A stretch of 64,000 bases of DNA from Chrysomallon squamiferum (lineage: Eukaryota; Animalia; Mollusca), in NCBI GenBank assembly GCA_012295275.1, contig CM022676.1, forward strand, positions 5,828,001-5,892,000, read 5' to 3'. This document shows, piece after piece, positions 41,701 to 58,016 of the stretch (position 1 is the first letter of the stretch; the number at the start of each line of letters is the position of its first letter). The notes beneath the pieces are model-generated. The model was not told where the DNA came from. It searched no databases and saw only the letters and a list, made by a program, of their open reading frames with translations. Made by a program: the position numbers and the translations under genes.

Positions 41701-42373
41701 ATAGGCTCTAATATGATGGCACTGGTGTTTATGGGAAGCCTCTGCAGATTGCATCAGTGACCTTTTTTCCCCTCCCTGTATCTAGTGAGTGTATCTGTGT
41801 ACAGTGTTGAAAAGTTTAAATGTGTCATATCTCTCGTATATGTCAGGCAGGGCGATTTTTGGAAGAGAGGATTGTTGTTGGGTTTTTGTTGTGGTTTTTT
41901 GGTGTAGTTGACTACATTTTTTGACTACAAATTTTATTTTGGTAAAAAAATTTTATATATATTTTGGAAATATTTCTGATATAATGGAGATAATAAGAGA
42001 GTGATTATGATGATGATGATAATGGTGATGATGATGATGATGTACCAAGAATAATAATGGTGATTATGATGATTGTAGTGATGATGATGATGTAATAATA
42101 ATAATAATAATGGTAATATTAATAATAAAATGATATGATGATGATGATGATGATAATATTAATAATTATAATGGGAATGATAATAACAGTAATAATGATG
42201 ATGATGATGATGATGATAATAAGTAATAATAAAAATAATATTAACAATAGCAATAATAACTAATGTTAATAACAGCAACCATTTTAATAATAACTGTAGT
42301 AGGTACTAATAAAATAATAAAAATAATAGTAATAATATCAAATAATATTAAAAATATAAAAAAATATATGTAA

Positions 42374-42454
<81 letters not shown>

Positions 42455-42842
42455 TCTCACTCAAATCTTTTTAAAAACATATTTCACACAAGCCCAACAA
42501 ACCTGTGACCTTCAAGGATATTGAGTGTCTTAGTTCCTCCATAATGGCCACATAATTCTGTCTTAGTTTGCTGCCTCTTTGAATAAAAGAGTTCTGAGAC
42601 AGGAGCAGAGAATATATTGGGGTTGTTTTTTTTTTTTTTTTTTTTTTTTTTTTTCATCAGATATTTTCTGCCTCTGTACACTGGGCTCCCATTAGTGTCA
42701 ATATTCAACCATTTAAAGGTATCGTGTAATAAGTAATGCTCACTGGTTGCATACCGGTAAATAATTGATGGTGATTGGTCGGATTTGAAAACTTACACCA
42801 GTAGCTCGTAGCTAAACACATTAATTTATAAATTTCATCCAA

Positions 42843-42883
<41 letters not shown>

Positions 42884-42975
42884 AATAATTTTGTATGATA
42901 TATCCTTTTCAGAACAAGAAATATGTTTTTTTTTTTTTTTTTTTATTTGATTGTTAATGTGTTTTTAAAAGACCT

Positions 42976-43018
<43 letters not shown>

Positions 43019-43371
43019 TTTAATCCCTGTTCTTGATAAATTTGAAAAATTAGGGGTGTTAATTTGGACCAATAGGATTCACAGAAATTGTCTTTTGTTT
43101 AAAGGTTTATTAGATTTTGCTTCTTTTTTTTTTTTTTTGGTATTTTCTTTTATTATTATTATTTTTTTTTAATCAGTTTATTTATTTATTTCTTAGTTAT
43201 TGTTATTATTTTTTTATTTTTATTTTAATCTGTGATCTTATCCGATAGATAAATTATGAATATAAATGGATTTTTATTTAATGATACATGTATCTAATTC
43301 ATAATTACAAAATAAATAAAAATATCTGCTGAATTAAATTGATACCAAATAATGTATTATAATACATGTGT

Positions 43372-43445
<74 letters not shown>

Positions 43446-44409
43446 ATATGTGTGTATGCATGTCTGTATGTATGTGTGTGTGTGTGTGTGTGTGAATATA
43501 TGTGTGTCTGTGAGAGTTCTGTTGTGTTTTATTTGTATTTAATAAAATTTCCTTTTGATTTCATTCCTTTTTTTAATAAAAAATATTTTACATTTCTAAT
43601 ACCTTTTTCTTGTTCTTTTCTTTGTACTGAAAATGGAAGAGGGTTTCTTCTCTACAAAACATCACAAAATTTACACTCGTTTAATTTGTCTTTTATAGAG
43701 TGTTCACGTCAACATGCTTTAATTTTAGTTTAATCTCTTTCTGAATTAAAAAATTTATAAGCAAAGATAGGAAAGGAATAAATAAATAATTAGGAAAAAA
43801 TGCAGCAATACTGCGAAGTAAATCCTTTTTAATTACAAAATATTTTTTTTTTATAATCTTCAGTTATATTTTTCAAAAGTGAAGAAAAATAATTAAAGGT
43901 ACGCTTGTATAGAAAATTTCATTCATTATTTATGCGCAAGCTGCATTAATTATTCAAAATAATCTCTGACTTCATGTTATAATAGATATTCCTGCGTTCT
44001 GATTGGATGTGGTTGAAATGCTATTCTCCGTACAGTAGGTTGAATTCCCATCACAGCAAATTATGTTACTTCATTATTTTTATTCAGCTTAAATATTCAT
44101 GATTTCAGCTCATTATTATCTTCCAGTTCTGGTCTAATGTAATCTGTTTAGTTGACTGGTATGGGCCCATTGTCTGTGAAGACAGTTTGAAGGTAGAAAT
44201 AAAGAAATAAAAAACCCCAGTCTAACTGATATATTGTAATTTGATATATCATTAAAAGAATGGGGAATTAGAATATGTCATTAATGTTTTACTCAGGTTG
44301 CTTAATCTCAGAAACAAACACCAATATATTGTCTGTTTGTCTGTCTGTCTTTGTGAAAAAACACAAACACATTCAGATTGCTTATCTGTCTGTCTGTCTG
44401 TCTGTGCGT

Positions 44410-45040
<631 letters not shown>

Positions 45041-45391
45041 GCAATTCATTTTACAGAAGAGCTGCAAGCTGTAACACCCAGCACTATCTAAAATACCCCG
45101 TGACACAAACATAAACAAGCTAGCCTACAGACACGACTATTTTAATTATTTCACAATTTTGAGATTAAACGTAACCTCGGCAAATTATCACAGAATTTAC
45201 AAGATAATGATGAAATATAATCACAAAAGCATGTCCTGATATCTCCTGAGCTGGTTTTTACTGTTTGTCTGGGTTAAACCCACAGACAGATGAAGAACAA
45301 CAGATATCTGTGTTTCGTAATGATTACGTACTGGACTTATTAGTATGGGGGAAAAAAAATCAATGTAAATTACCAACAAAAATGTTTGTAG

Positions 45392-45433
<42 letters not shown>

Positions 45434-45619
45434 GTATGTATGTATGTATGTATACACAGACATAAAATAGCTCTCTCTCTCTCTCTCTCTCGCTATATAT
45501 ATATATATATATTTATATATACACAGACATTATAGATAGCTAGATAGATATAGATACACATACATACACGTATAGGCACATGCATGCATGCACACAAACA
45601 CACAGACACACGAGACAAA

Positions 45620-45653
<34 letters not shown>

Positions 45654-45796
45654 TACTTTCTAATGACATTTGGCAAATCTTCAGACTTTATCTTGCCCTT
45701 TAAAACAGACCATTAAAATATTTTAGATTTGTTTTCTAAAATGTCTGACATCAGGAGAAATACCTCTAAAGAAATTTCTTACATATATATTTATAT

Positions 45797-45908
<112 letters not shown>

Positions 45909-46449
45909 TCCTTTCATAAAAGAATTGCAAACTTTTAAACCAGTAATATCTAAAGTACCCCATGTCACAAACACATATATATAAAATGTTTAATTTTTTC
46001 CTAATAGTTAATTATTTGACATCATTGACATATATTTAACACAAAAAATAAATAAAAAACATTTTCTTTGACTTATTCAGGGCTCATATTAAATAACCTT
46101 TCAAACGGTTGATTTGAATTTCAGAACAGTTGGCAAAGGAAAATGATTTATGAAAAAAAAGTATTCCAGGATCTCAGATTAGACTTTATCTCCACCATAT
46201 TTCTAATGGATCAGAGCAATAATGTGCACTTGAGTTTCAAAATGATTCCTTGCAAATCGTTGGTTTTAATATCTAAATGATTGATGAACTCAGGTTGGAG
46301 TTTATCATAGATAAGTTTCAAATTGGCAATTGTCAATATATATTTTTTTTTTTTTGTGTGTTGATTTCAGAATGTAGGGTGGTTTGTGTGTGTTGTGTCA
46401 TTTGACATGGTTATAAGTTTTATGTGATGGGTGAGGAATTGTATTTGTA

Positions 46450-46855
46450 TATATGATGTATGTTTGTGTGTGTGTGTGTGTCTGTATATTTGTGCATGGT
46501 GGTACTATCTATATCAGTGTGTGTGTGTGTGTGTAAGCCTATGATGATATGTATGTATGTATATGTGTATGTGTGTATAAATATATATAGACATATATTT
46601 GTGTCTCATTCTTTTATCCATAGTATGTATGTTTGTAAGTAATATATTTGTGTCTGTAATGTGTTTGTGTGTCTGTATGTACATCTGTCTATATATATGC
46701 GTGTGTATGTATGTATGCATGTGTTTATGTATGTATGTATGTATGTATGCATGCATGTATGTATGTGTATATATATATATATGTTTCAGTATGGTTGTGT
46801 GTGTGTGTATGGTACATGTGTTTGTTTATCTGTGTATGTATGTATATGTATGTAA

Positions 46856-46901
<46 letters not shown>

Positions 46902-47090
46902 ATATATATGTATGTATATATACATGTGTATATATATATATGTGTGTGTGTGTGTGTATATATAATATAGTAGTGTAAGACTGTGTGTGTGTCTGTGTGT
47001 GTATGTGATACAATAGTGTGTGTGTGTGTCTGTATATATGTGTATGTGAGACTGTGTGTGTGTGTGTATGATATAATAGTGTATGTATAC
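46450..47090. repeat. (TG)/(TA)/(TATG) microsatellite block
   Basis: Directly visible. Confidence 0.95.
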
Positions 47091-47404
47091 ATTTAAACAA
47101 AACCAAGTTACAGTTTGGACATGGGGGGAGAGAGAGAGAGAGAAGCAGACACTGACTGGAATCTGACTTGGAGTCACGGGTCGCTGGTTACCAACGTAAT
47201 TACCAGACTCTGCAGACCTGTCTGCTGCCTTCACAACTGATTACCCTGCAAGTGTGAAGAAAAGCAAGTATACTGGGGGGCAAGCCGGCTCGGGAAAACA
47301 GAGCAAACACAAGCCCCGGCCCAGTCTCTCTGTCTGCCATGCTCCAGCATTGGCAGTGATCCATTCACAGGGTTAGGGACCTGGTTTTGTAGAGAATGAA
47401 GGAA

Positions 47405-47441
47405 AGGTGTTTTATTAATAGAGAACGTTTTTTAGGGTTTT

Positions 47442-47476
<35 letters not shown>

Positions 47477-47665
47477 TTCAGTTATGTTTGGTGTTATGTA
47501 AAGGGAACGTTTTATTATGAAGAATGGTTATTTTTAGTGTGTTATGTAATAGGAACGTTTTATTATAAAGAATAGTTTTTTTAGTGTGTTATGTAAAGTA
47601 ACGTTTTATTATGAAGAATGGTTTTTTTAGTGTATTATGCAATGGGAACATTTTATTATGAAGAG
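47405..47665. repeat. Minisatellite, ~45-bp unit (GTGTTATGTAA.GGAACGTTTTATTATGAAGAATGGTTTTTTTA)
   Basis: Four clear copies at 47492-47665 plus a degenerate upstream copy. Confidence 0.85.
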
Positions 47666-48191
47666 CTGTTTTGAAATTATATGATGTGCATAGTTGAATG
47701 AAAAGGATCGATTGATTTTATTCAGAGATGTATTCAGACTGTGCGAATATGATGTTTTAAAGACAAATGCTTTTTGGGTTTTTTTCTCTCTGAATATATT
47801 GATGTTGATTGCTAAGAAAAATATGTAAATTTATTTTTAAGGTAAGTTTTGGTTTATGTTCTTTAAAATAAGTTTAAAAAAAAAAATTAAAAGTATTTAT
47901 ATTTAATATCACACTCATTTTTCAGAACTGTAGTCAGGTTTTCTGTGTGATATGGTAAATATATATATATATATATATACATGTATGTATGTATGTAAGT
48001 ATGTGTGTGAGTACATATATATATGAGCTGTGGTTAGAATAGGAAATAATAAACAAGTATATACTTAGCTGGATAGATCCTACAAACCATTATGCAATTA
48101 GCCTTAACTGGGCCACACAAAAACAGATTATACCAACGAACATTTGTAAAAGCATCGATCACTGGGTATAATTTGAAATTTCAAAAAAGGA

Positions 48192-48245
48192 TGCAGTGGG
48201 AAGGATTGAACCTGTGCACCTCAGGACAGCACTAAAGCACAGCCT
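48192..48245 (-). mobile_element. Possible tRNA-derived SINE head remnant
   Basis: Minus strand reads ...TTTAGTGCTGTCCTGAGGTGCACAGGTTCAATCCTTCCCACTGC with B-box-like GGTTCAATCC; no full cloverleaf seen. Confidence 0.25.
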
Positions 48246-48539
48246 GTCACTAATCCCAGGCTGGATGCAGCATACCCAGCATATGTTATTGTTAATTAAG
48301 ACAATGTGGTTATGGCAATAAAATCTTGACGGCAAAGGTGCACAAGTGTTTTTATTGAATTAGGGGCAAACTTAATTACGACAAGACGTGTTTTAAGTTA
48401 AAATGTTTTTGGCGAGAATAAATTAATTCCTCGCGAAACACCCCAGCACAGGCATTTTAACCTCTTCGTTTTTAACCTCCTCGTTTTAACCCCTCTTTCA
48501 TTAACGGAGAGGTGCTGTTCCAGATGTGGATTTCAGAGG

Positions 48540-49550
48540 TGGGTATGAGCTTCTGATGAAAAAAAAACAGTTTGAACTTAGAGGTAGAAGTGGATGATAC
48601 CCAGTCATTGTACTGGACTGATGAAAAAAACATGATAATATAATCAGAGATTCTTTTTATAAGTAGAGCTATTGTGACTTCTAAAATGAAATTCTGAAAT
48701 ATATCAGAAGTAGATATGATATAAAGGCATTCTACTGGATTGATGAAAACATAGTGTGCAATACATCAAACATTCTGTAACAACTTAATGTGTTGTTAAT
48801 GACTTATAAAACAAAACTTTGAACTTTAAAAGAAGTAGATGATATCCCAGACATTGTACTAGATCACTGAAAACATGACACAATGCACCACAGATTTCTG
48901 TTATAACTAGATGTATTATAACTTTCAAAACAAAACTTTGAACTATGTTTGAAGTAGATGATACCCAGCTATTGTACTGGATTGAGGACAATACAGTACA
49001 ATTCATCAAACATTCTGTAATAGCTAGATGTGTTATGACTTATAAAACAAAACTTTGAACTTTGGTGGTAGAAGTTGATGAAATCCAGGTATTGTACAGG
49101 ACTGGAGAAATTTTGTTGAAATTTGGAAACTGTGTTGTCAGTACATCAGATATTCTGTTGTAACTGGATGTATTTTGACTTCTAAAACAAAATGGAATAT
49201 GGTAGAAGCAGATAATACACAGAAATTTTCTGAACTGATAAAAAACATGAACAGAATACACCAGAGATTTCTGTTATAACACAATATATTATGACTTTAA
49301 AAAAACAACACCATTGAACTATGTTTGAAAATAGATGATACCTAGACATTAAATGTGCTCTATATCACAGATTCAGTTGTAACTAGATGTATCAAGACTT
49401 CTAAAACAACAAAACCTTAAACTGAAATAAATGATTCCTAGGCTTAACACTGTACACCACAGTTTCTATTGTAACTTGATATATTAAGATTTATAAAAAC
49501 AAATCTTTGAACTATGACAGAAATGGACAATGCCCAGACATAATACACAC
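48540..49550 (+). repeat. ~120-bp satellite-like array, locus 2 (about 8-9 copies)
   Basis: GAAGT.GATGA-type anchors at about 48586, 48707, 48831, 48950, 49070, 49204, 49326, 49424 and 49520. Confidence 0.9.
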
Positions 49551-50020
49551 GTTTACTTTGACCTTTAAAGCGGTCACTTATTAAGCAGAAGTGACCATCA
49601 AGACAACTATAGTGGTCATTGTTAGGTGACCTCAAAATCAAAATACCTGGACTGGTCAGTATAGTTATAACTGAAGTCAAAATCATACGTATAGATATGA
49701 TGGTATATGTTGTCTTTTACATACAAAGCTTTAAGAAAGAAAAAAAAATAATGAAGGTAAAAGTTAGTTGTTTTTTTTAATTGTTAAATATGATTAAGGT
49801 AAATAATATTTTTCATGTTAAAATATTTTGGGAAAGAGATTTGCATAGACGCCAGCCAGAAAGGCAAAGTAATAATAAATCTTTTTTTTATTAATTGAAT
49901 TGTATGTAAGAATGTAATTATAACCAAGGGAAATAATGTTTTAGGTGAGAAATTTTTTTGTTGGGGTGAATTGAAATTGAAATATTTTGTTTTAACAACA
50001 GTGTACTGTTACTTTATGTC

Positions 50021-50089
<69 letters not shown>

Positions 50090-50255
50090 AATATAGAATT
50101 TATATTTTGTTGTGTTTGTGTGAGAAAGAATTATTGTAATAGAATTTCACAGTTGTGATAAAATTAGAGATTTAAAAATAAATAAATAATTTGTGCAATA
50201 ATATGACATAATGAGAGAGAGAGAGAGAGAGGGGGGGGGGAGAGGGAGGGGGAGG

Positions 50256-50305
<50 letters not shown>

Positions 50306-50638
50306 GGTAGAAAGAGTGAGAAAATTTTGAAAGAAAAAGAGATAGAATGAGACAGTATTGAAAGAGAAAGTAAGAAATAAGGAGAAAGAATTAGAAGGAG
50401 AAAAAGATACAAGAATAGAAAGAAAGAAAAAAGAACGAGAAAAAGAAAGTGAGATTAGAGACAAAGAGCTAAAAAGAACTAGATGAAGACAGCTTTAGAG
50501 ACAGACAGACAGAAAGAAAACAGGAGAGAGTTTACTGATTTTAACAGGAAAAATATCAAATTTTCAAGTTAAATGCAAAGAAAAGAAAATACCTTGAAAG
50601 AAACTTAATTCTATATGAAGATACTGTATTAGAGAAAA

Positions 50639-50954
50639 CACCTGAATATATGTATTGTTTATGAAAATCGTTAAAGGTAATTCCAAGAGGTGAGATATTT
50701 TAATTTACAGGTGGGACAGGAAATTAAAGCCAATCATTTCTCACTAGCTTACAACAGGTAATTAAATATTCTAACATACAGATTATGCATTGATGCTTTA
50801 ATTTGCACCTGCATTTATAACGAATGCTCGTTAAAAGTGAGTGATGACCGGTGATATATTTTTAAGAAGTCAAATTCGAAACCTTGACAAAAACAAAAAT
50901 CACACCTCTGTTCGATCTGTAAGTGAATTATGATTAAAGGTAATATGGCAGGTG
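50639..50954. promoter_or_regulatory. Candidate enhancer: CAGGTG/CAGGTA cluster
   Basis: CACCTG 50639, CAGGTG 50708, CAGGTA 50755, CACCTG 50806, CAGGTG 50949, plus several AGGTG/AGGTA half matches. Confidence 0.4.
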
Positions 50955-51597
50955 AGATAAATAGTTTAAATAATTAAATAAAGAAATTTTAACCTTCCGT
51001 TGAAATTCCATTCTTGATTAGAGGTGAAATATAATAGGTGAATAATTTTAATTTTAATTTTAAATTTGTTTGAAATTTTTACACTCCATAGGTCTTGGTA
51101 TTTTTTTAAATTATTTTTTTTAAAAAAAATTTTGTTTTTAATTAAAATAACTAAATCTACTCTACTAGACCTAATACTAGACCTAGCCCCTGAATTTACT
51201 AAGAACCAAAAAGTTACTAGAAATTTTATTTAATTAAATATAATTAAACATGACTTGCAGTTATTACGTTTAATATATAAAGTCTGTGTACTTCATTCAC
51301 TCCTGCTAAAATTCTGACACAGAACTGTTTCTACCAGTCGGTCGTGTACATGTGTCTGTGTGTGTGTCTGTGTGTCTGTGTGTGTGTGTGTGGTTTTTTT
51401 TTTGGTTGTAATTTGACTGATTATGTGGCAGGCGAAATCACGTTCATTAGCAACCAGGTTGTCATGGATCAGCTGGCGTGTAAAAAACCAGCTCGGCTAA
51501 TCTTGATGTTACCGAGGAAATGATGGAAGCCAGAGGAGGGTAGGTGAAAGTGTCTTTTAAAGACAGCATGCATGTACGTGTGTGAGTGCGTGTACGT

Positions 51598-51640
<43 letters not shown>

Positions 51641-51851
51641 TGTGTGTGTGTCAAGTGGTGAGGGTGTGAAAGAGGGAGGGAAGGAAAGGAAGGTGAGGGT
51701 AAAGAGAAAAGAAGAGTGAAGGAATAGAGAAGAAGAAGAAGAAATAGATTGTGTGTGTGTGTGTGTGTGTGTGTCTGTGTGTGTCCATGAATTTTCAAGG
51801 TCCAGAAGAATAAAAAAAAGAGAGATAGACACTGACAGTATAGATATATAT

Positions 51852-51927
<76 letters not shown>

Positions 51928-52559
51928 AAAAATAAGAATAAGAGATCTACTAAGAAACAGTGAAAGGTAAAAAGGAAAAGAAATAGAACAGAGAAAGCAA
52001 GAGTTAAAAATAAGAATAAGAGATCTACTAAGAATGAGACAGAACAGAGAAAGAAAAGGGAAAAGAAAAAGAAAACAGAGAAATGCAAGACAGACACAGA
52101 CAGACAGAGTGATATATATGTAATATGAAAGAAGATAGGGGAGATTTTACAGATATAGAAAATATATATATAATGAGACAGATAGAGACAACACACAAAT
52201 ATATAGGAGGGAGAGAGAGAAATAAATATAAAAAAAAGACAAATATACATACATACATATATATATGTTTAGATATATATATAGAAATATATATAGAAAA
52301 TGAAAGAAGAAAGAGAGAGACATTTAAAATTTGACAGATCTATAAGAATCAGTGAACAGTGAAAGGTAAAAAGGAAAACAAATAGAACAGATATATATAG
52401 ACACAGACAGACAGAGTGATATATAAATGTACATATGTGTGTATATATAAATATATAATGAGACAGATACAGAGAAAGAAAATATACATACATATATATA
52501 TATATACACATATATATATATATATAAAATATAGAGGGGAGATACAGATATAGAGAGAG

Positions 52560-52598
<39 letters not shown>

Positions 52599-52624
52599 CA
52601 AATACAGTGAGATAGAGAGAGAGG

Positions 52625-52665
<41 letters not shown>

Positions 52666-52669
52666 GAGG

Positions 52670-52746
<77 letters not shown>

Positions 52747-53585
52747 ATATACACAGATTCACACACACACACACAGACACACAGAGAGAGAGAGAGAGCT
52801 AGCTAGCTATATACACAGAGTTCAGAGTGAGTGTTTCTCCACACTGTAAAGAGTTACAGCAGTGTTTTGAAATCTGACTACATTAAACTTGTACTGTGCT
52901 GTGTTGTGTGTGTTGGAGTGGATGGTGTTTTAGTTAACTGCTAACCTGTGCTGTACCTTTTTTTTTATAAATATTTACCTTTCTGCTTTTCTTCTCATTC
53001 TTCTTCTGTTGTAAGAACTAACTTAATGGACTTCACATCCTCAACAATATCTTCATGATGTTTTCATTATCAAATTTACTTCTTTTTTTTTTTCATTCAG
53101 CGTATAAATTATTTGTTTTTATCTTGTTTTAAAGCTCAACGGGACTATTTTCTGATTTTTACCTGACGAGTTTGTTTTGTAAATAATCCACTCAGGAACT
53201 GGTTGGTAAGTTAATTTTGTTGATTACGAAGTCAGCCATTTTGTTTGTTTACTTCTGTTTTTGTTGTTTTGTTAGTCTAACATGTGGATAATGAGTTGGA
53301 TTACACAAATAAAAACAGAAATGTTATTTTATCTGTTAATAAACTGAGGTTGTTTTTTTTTTTTTTTTTTTTTTTTTTTTCATTCTACATATAGAAAGGC
53401 TGAGAAAGATATTAATGAAAATGTAAATATGTGTTTTGTGAGGTACATGTAATTACATCTGTTTTACTTAATGCCCTCTGTTCTCTTTCTGTGTTCACCT
53501 TTCTCACATTTTTCAACTTTTCCTTCACTCTTTCTTATACTTACGTAAAAGATGAAATATTTGTTATTAGAAATCATATAATCTC

Positions 53586-53628
<43 letters not shown>

Positions 53629-53658
53629 TCTCTCTTCCTCCCTCTCTTTCTTCCTCTG

Positions 53659-53695
<37 letters not shown>

Positions 53696-53859
53696 CATCC
53701 CTCTTTCCCAGGGTCTCTCTGTCAAAAAAATAATCTCTTTTTTATAAATGAAGACGATTAAACATGGATGGTTGCATAGACTGATGGACTTACACACATA
53801 CATACATACATATACCTGTTCTTGTACATTCCTGAATAGTGCATGTGCAGTCTAATCAG

Positions 53860-53953
53860 ACATACAGAAAATGTGCACAATATGCATATAAACATTATAA
53901 CACACACACACAGAGACAAACCCACACACAGACACACACACACACACACACAT

Positions 53954-54011
<58 letters not shown>

Positions 54012-54078
54012 CACACACTGACAGGTTATGTCTATAAATCAGAAGATTAGTTGGTGGTGGTCACAGAGTGGGAGGACA

Positions 54079-54111
<33 letters not shown>

Positions 54112-54398
54112 TAAATAGGAGGACTGCCTGAATAGTGCTCTGTACAAGACATACAGAAAATGGAGGATATGCCATATAAACATTATAACAACACATACTA
54201 CATACACAAATAGGAGGATTTAAAAACACACACTGTACAACACACACTGACAGGTTAGGTCTAGGACTGAAGATTAGCTGGTGGTGGTCTGGCATTAAAT
54301 AGGAGGACTGCCACACGAGCTCTGTACAACACGCATTAAACAGGAGGACTGCCACACGAGCTCTGTACAACACGCATTAAACAGGAGGACTGCCACAT
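53860..54398. repeat. Diverged ~230-290 bp duplication ending in a 41-bp tandem repeat
   Basis: ACATACAGAAAATG...CATATAAACATTATAACA...CACACTGACAGGTTA...GAAGATTAG.TGGTGGTGGTC occurs twice; GCATTAAA.AGGAGGACTGCCACA starts at 54292, 54333 and 54374. Confidence 0.9.
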
Positions 54399-55125
54399 GC
54401 GATGCTCTCTTAACCACAGACTTGGATTTGTCATCAACCGAGAGAAGTGTTCGCAGCTTAATATATGTTTTTCCCATTCAAAACGCATTTTCTTTAATCT
54501 CGGCAAGTTATTTAAATATAATCACCCGGCACCCTGGACATTTTGCGTGTAAAAACCATAAAACGGCTTGAAAATTTTCGAATTTCGAATTCCTTATTTG
54601 GTCCAAAGGGAATTGTTCTGTTTTTTTTAGCCAGAGTTAATTACTACTACTGCAAAAGATTTTTCATATTGCATATTTTTTTGTCCATTTAATTTCAGTT
54701 CAGTTCAGTTTTTTTTTTTTTTTATGGGAATGCCTTCAAGAGAAGTCTGTGGTAATAGTAATAAAAATAAATAATAAAATTAAGATTTAAAAAAAAAAAA
54801 AGATTAGATTAAAACGTGCGTCAGGATTGAGTGAGTTTTATGAAATAATATTGAGCTGTTTTTTTTTTTTTTATCGTATCTATTTATCGTTCTTTATACG
54901 AACAGGATAAAAAAGATTAATGTTATTAATTGGCTACATTAGTTTTATTTATTTTTAGTTTTTACCCCTTTGTGTAACACTCATAAAATAATGTAACATG
55001 TTTTTTTGGTGTTTTTTGTGTGTGTGTGTCACTGCAGTTTTCTGCAATGTTCTCGACAACAAAATTTCCAGTTCTAGACAGCCTCTCAGATCTTAGGTTG
55101 TTTTTGAAAATTAAAGAATACATTG

Positions 55126-55156
<31 letters not shown>

Positions 55157-55668
55157 TAATTTTAGTTAAATATAATTTAAATTGTGGTTATAAAAAAAAG
55201 TTGAAACTTTTTCTACATATGCAGATTCAGTTACAGACATACAGATGCACACTGATAAGAAAGGTAAAAATGCAGACTGAAATAAGAAACACAGACAATA
55301 TAGACATAAACACAGACATACATAAAACATACATACAGACACATATAGAAATATCTATATATACATACATACACATACATATATACATATACATACATAT
55401 ACATATATATACACACAAACACATAAATAAATATAGATATATACACACACATAAATAAATATAGGTATATACATAGAAACAAATATACATACATACAGAC
55501 ACATGTATAAAAATATAAATGCACACACATTAACACTGAGAAACAAATGCTTACAATTAAGTTCACACACTCATATATGTAGATATATAAATCAGAAATA
55601 TGCTTATTCTCACTCACACTCTCACTCCTCCCTCCCTCTGTCTCTCTCTCTCCCTCCCTCTCTCTCTT

Positions 55669-55721
<53 letters not shown>

Positions 55722-56059
55722 CCTCCCACCCCCTCCCTCCCTCTCTCCCTCTCTCACCCTTCACACACACACACTCATACATTAAATCTACGACATTACC
55801 ATCAATACCATAATGATATAATAATTACTGTTACAGTGTATTCAATAATGTTTATTGTTTCGCCCTTCAGCAAGATCTTCAAACCATGTTTCCTAACAGC
55901 AACCTCCTGTACAACATTTCTGGCAAACTGCTTTCACACATTATTCTTCATATTACCTTGTTTTCATCTCTGTTTTTTTTACATCATCTCTGCACATATT
56001 TATATGTTTTATTTTTCATACACTGGCTGGGACTATAGCCTTGTCAGCTTCCAGAATCT

Positions 56060-56430
56060 GAGACTTCTTGATAAAAGAGTTCTCAAAATAAAGGGGCATA
56101 ATATTTTCATTTTTGTAACTTCGTGATAAAAGAACTCTCAATACAAGCACAGTTTTGTCCTAATTGTTTTTGACTTTGTAATGAAAGCTTTTAATATGAG
56201 GGTAATAATATTTTCATTTTTCTGACTTTATAATAAAAGAATTCTAAATATAAGGGCAATAATATTTTTATTTTTTTATTTTTTTGACTTCATAATAAAA
56301 GAATTCTAAATACAAGGGCAATGATATTTTCATTTTTTTTACTTTGTAATAAAAGAAGTCTCAAAACAAGGTCAGTTATGTCATAATTTTTCAAACTTCA
56401 TGATGAAAAGCTTTAATTTCAAGAGGAATA
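56060..56430. repeat. Degenerate minisatellite, ~52-62 bp unit (GACTT..TAATAAAAGAATTCT.AA..TAAGGGCAATAATATTTT)
   Basis: About 7 copies visible. Confidence 0.85.
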
Positions 56431-57030
56431 TTTGAAATTTTTTTTTATTTACACACAGATATGTTTAATTAATTTGTGTCATCAAATGTAATAATTTTTT
56501 TTTATTTATTTCTTTACTTTTTGTTTCCTTTGTTTATGATTTTTCTTTGAATTTCATTTTTTTTTCTTTAATTTTCCTTTTATTTAATATTTTTCTTTCT
56601 ATATTTTTTTAACACTCTTTCTGTAGTTAATATCCTTTTCTTTCTTATGTTTATTTATTTAATTTTTTTTTTAGTGTATTTTCTTTTTCTATTTATTATT
56701 TATTTTTCTTCCTCTTGTTTGTACATATTTTTCATTCTTTCTTTATTTAATATATTTCTTTTTCTTTCAACCTCTATTTTTAAAATTCTTTTTTTAAATG
56801 TGGTTTTCTTTTTCTTTTTATTCTTTTTCTGCTTGTTCATTTTTCATTTATTTATTTATTTATTTATTTATTTATAGATTCTTTTATTAACATAACAGCT
56901 TTATTATCACTATAACATGCTTAATAAATACAAAAAAAAAAATTATAATATCTACATCCTTAATTCATTTTTATTTTTTTTTTTTTTTTTCAAACGTTCA
57001 CCAGCATTTCTTTCTCTTTTCTTGTGCTAA

Positions 57031-57072
<42 letters not shown>

Positions 57073-57180
57073 CATAAATTCATGTAAAGTGCATGTTATG
57101 AAATATTGATGTACCTAACATATGGAAAATATTACTTTTCTGGTCCGTCTGCAAAAACGTTCCTAGAAGTAATAATAATT

Positions 57181-57192
57181 CAAAATGGCGGC
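57181..57192 (+). promoter_or_regulatory. YY1/Pho consensus site (candidate)
   Basis: CAAAATGGCGGC is an exact match to the YY1 consensus CAA(A/G)ATGGCGGC, inside a CpG-containing island. Confidence 0.4.
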
Positions 57193-57653
57193 CCGTACTT
57201 CCAGCGTATTATGTACTTTCTGCACATGTGCAAAATATTACAATGTACAGATTGTTTTAACACTTACCCGAGACAGTTTAATTAGCTCTTGAGGTTCGAG
57301 TCTGTGAATGTGAAAGATTTCGCTGCTATTTTCCATACGACTGTTTTTGCTAAAGTAATTTCAACACGAACCGGCATATGAAATATTGTCGAGATTGTTT
57401 GTATAGAAAATATTATGAGTAATGTTGGGATTTTTTTTTTTTTTTTTTTTTGATTTTTGTGGGGATGTGACTATTTTCTGGTAATGTGTTTTTTTGTGTG
57501 TGTGTATGTGTGTCTGTGAGTATTTGCGTACAAGCATGAAAAGGAAAATGATAATAATGTCCCCATTAAAGATGTTAAGGTAACTGTTACTAATGATTCG
57601 TATAAATGGTTTTGTGTTCTGTAATACTGCAAATACAGCGAAATGATTCCATG

Positions 57654-57684
<31 letters not shown>

Positions 57685-57977
57685 GTTATATTTTGAAATT
57701 TGTTTCTTATTCATTTTTGAAATGTAAACTATTTTTTCAACAACAACAACAGCTGCAATAACAGTAATAGTAATAATAGAATCAACAACATAAAAAATAA
57801 TCATAACAATAACTACAGCAATATTACTACTACTACTACTACTAAAACTACTACTTCTACTACTACTACTAAATTAATAATAGTAAAGTAATAAAAGTTA
57901 TAGTTGTATTAACAAGTAGCAAGAGAAATATTAATACTGTATAAATGATATTTGGAAACTAATAAAATGCAAGACAA

Positions 57978-58016
<39 letters not shown>

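Noticed and set aside
41714-41735. ATGGCACTGGT resembling the 5' end of miR-183/263-family miRNAs
   Set aside because: Match stops after about 11 nt and no complementary hairpin arm was seen. I recognised no conserved miRNA elsewhere by eye, but no formal search was run.
54292-54398. CRISPR-like appearance of 41-bp repeats (also 7341-7394 and 13400-13850)
   Set aside because: Units are contiguous or spacers too short or identical; no cas genes; eukaryotic context.
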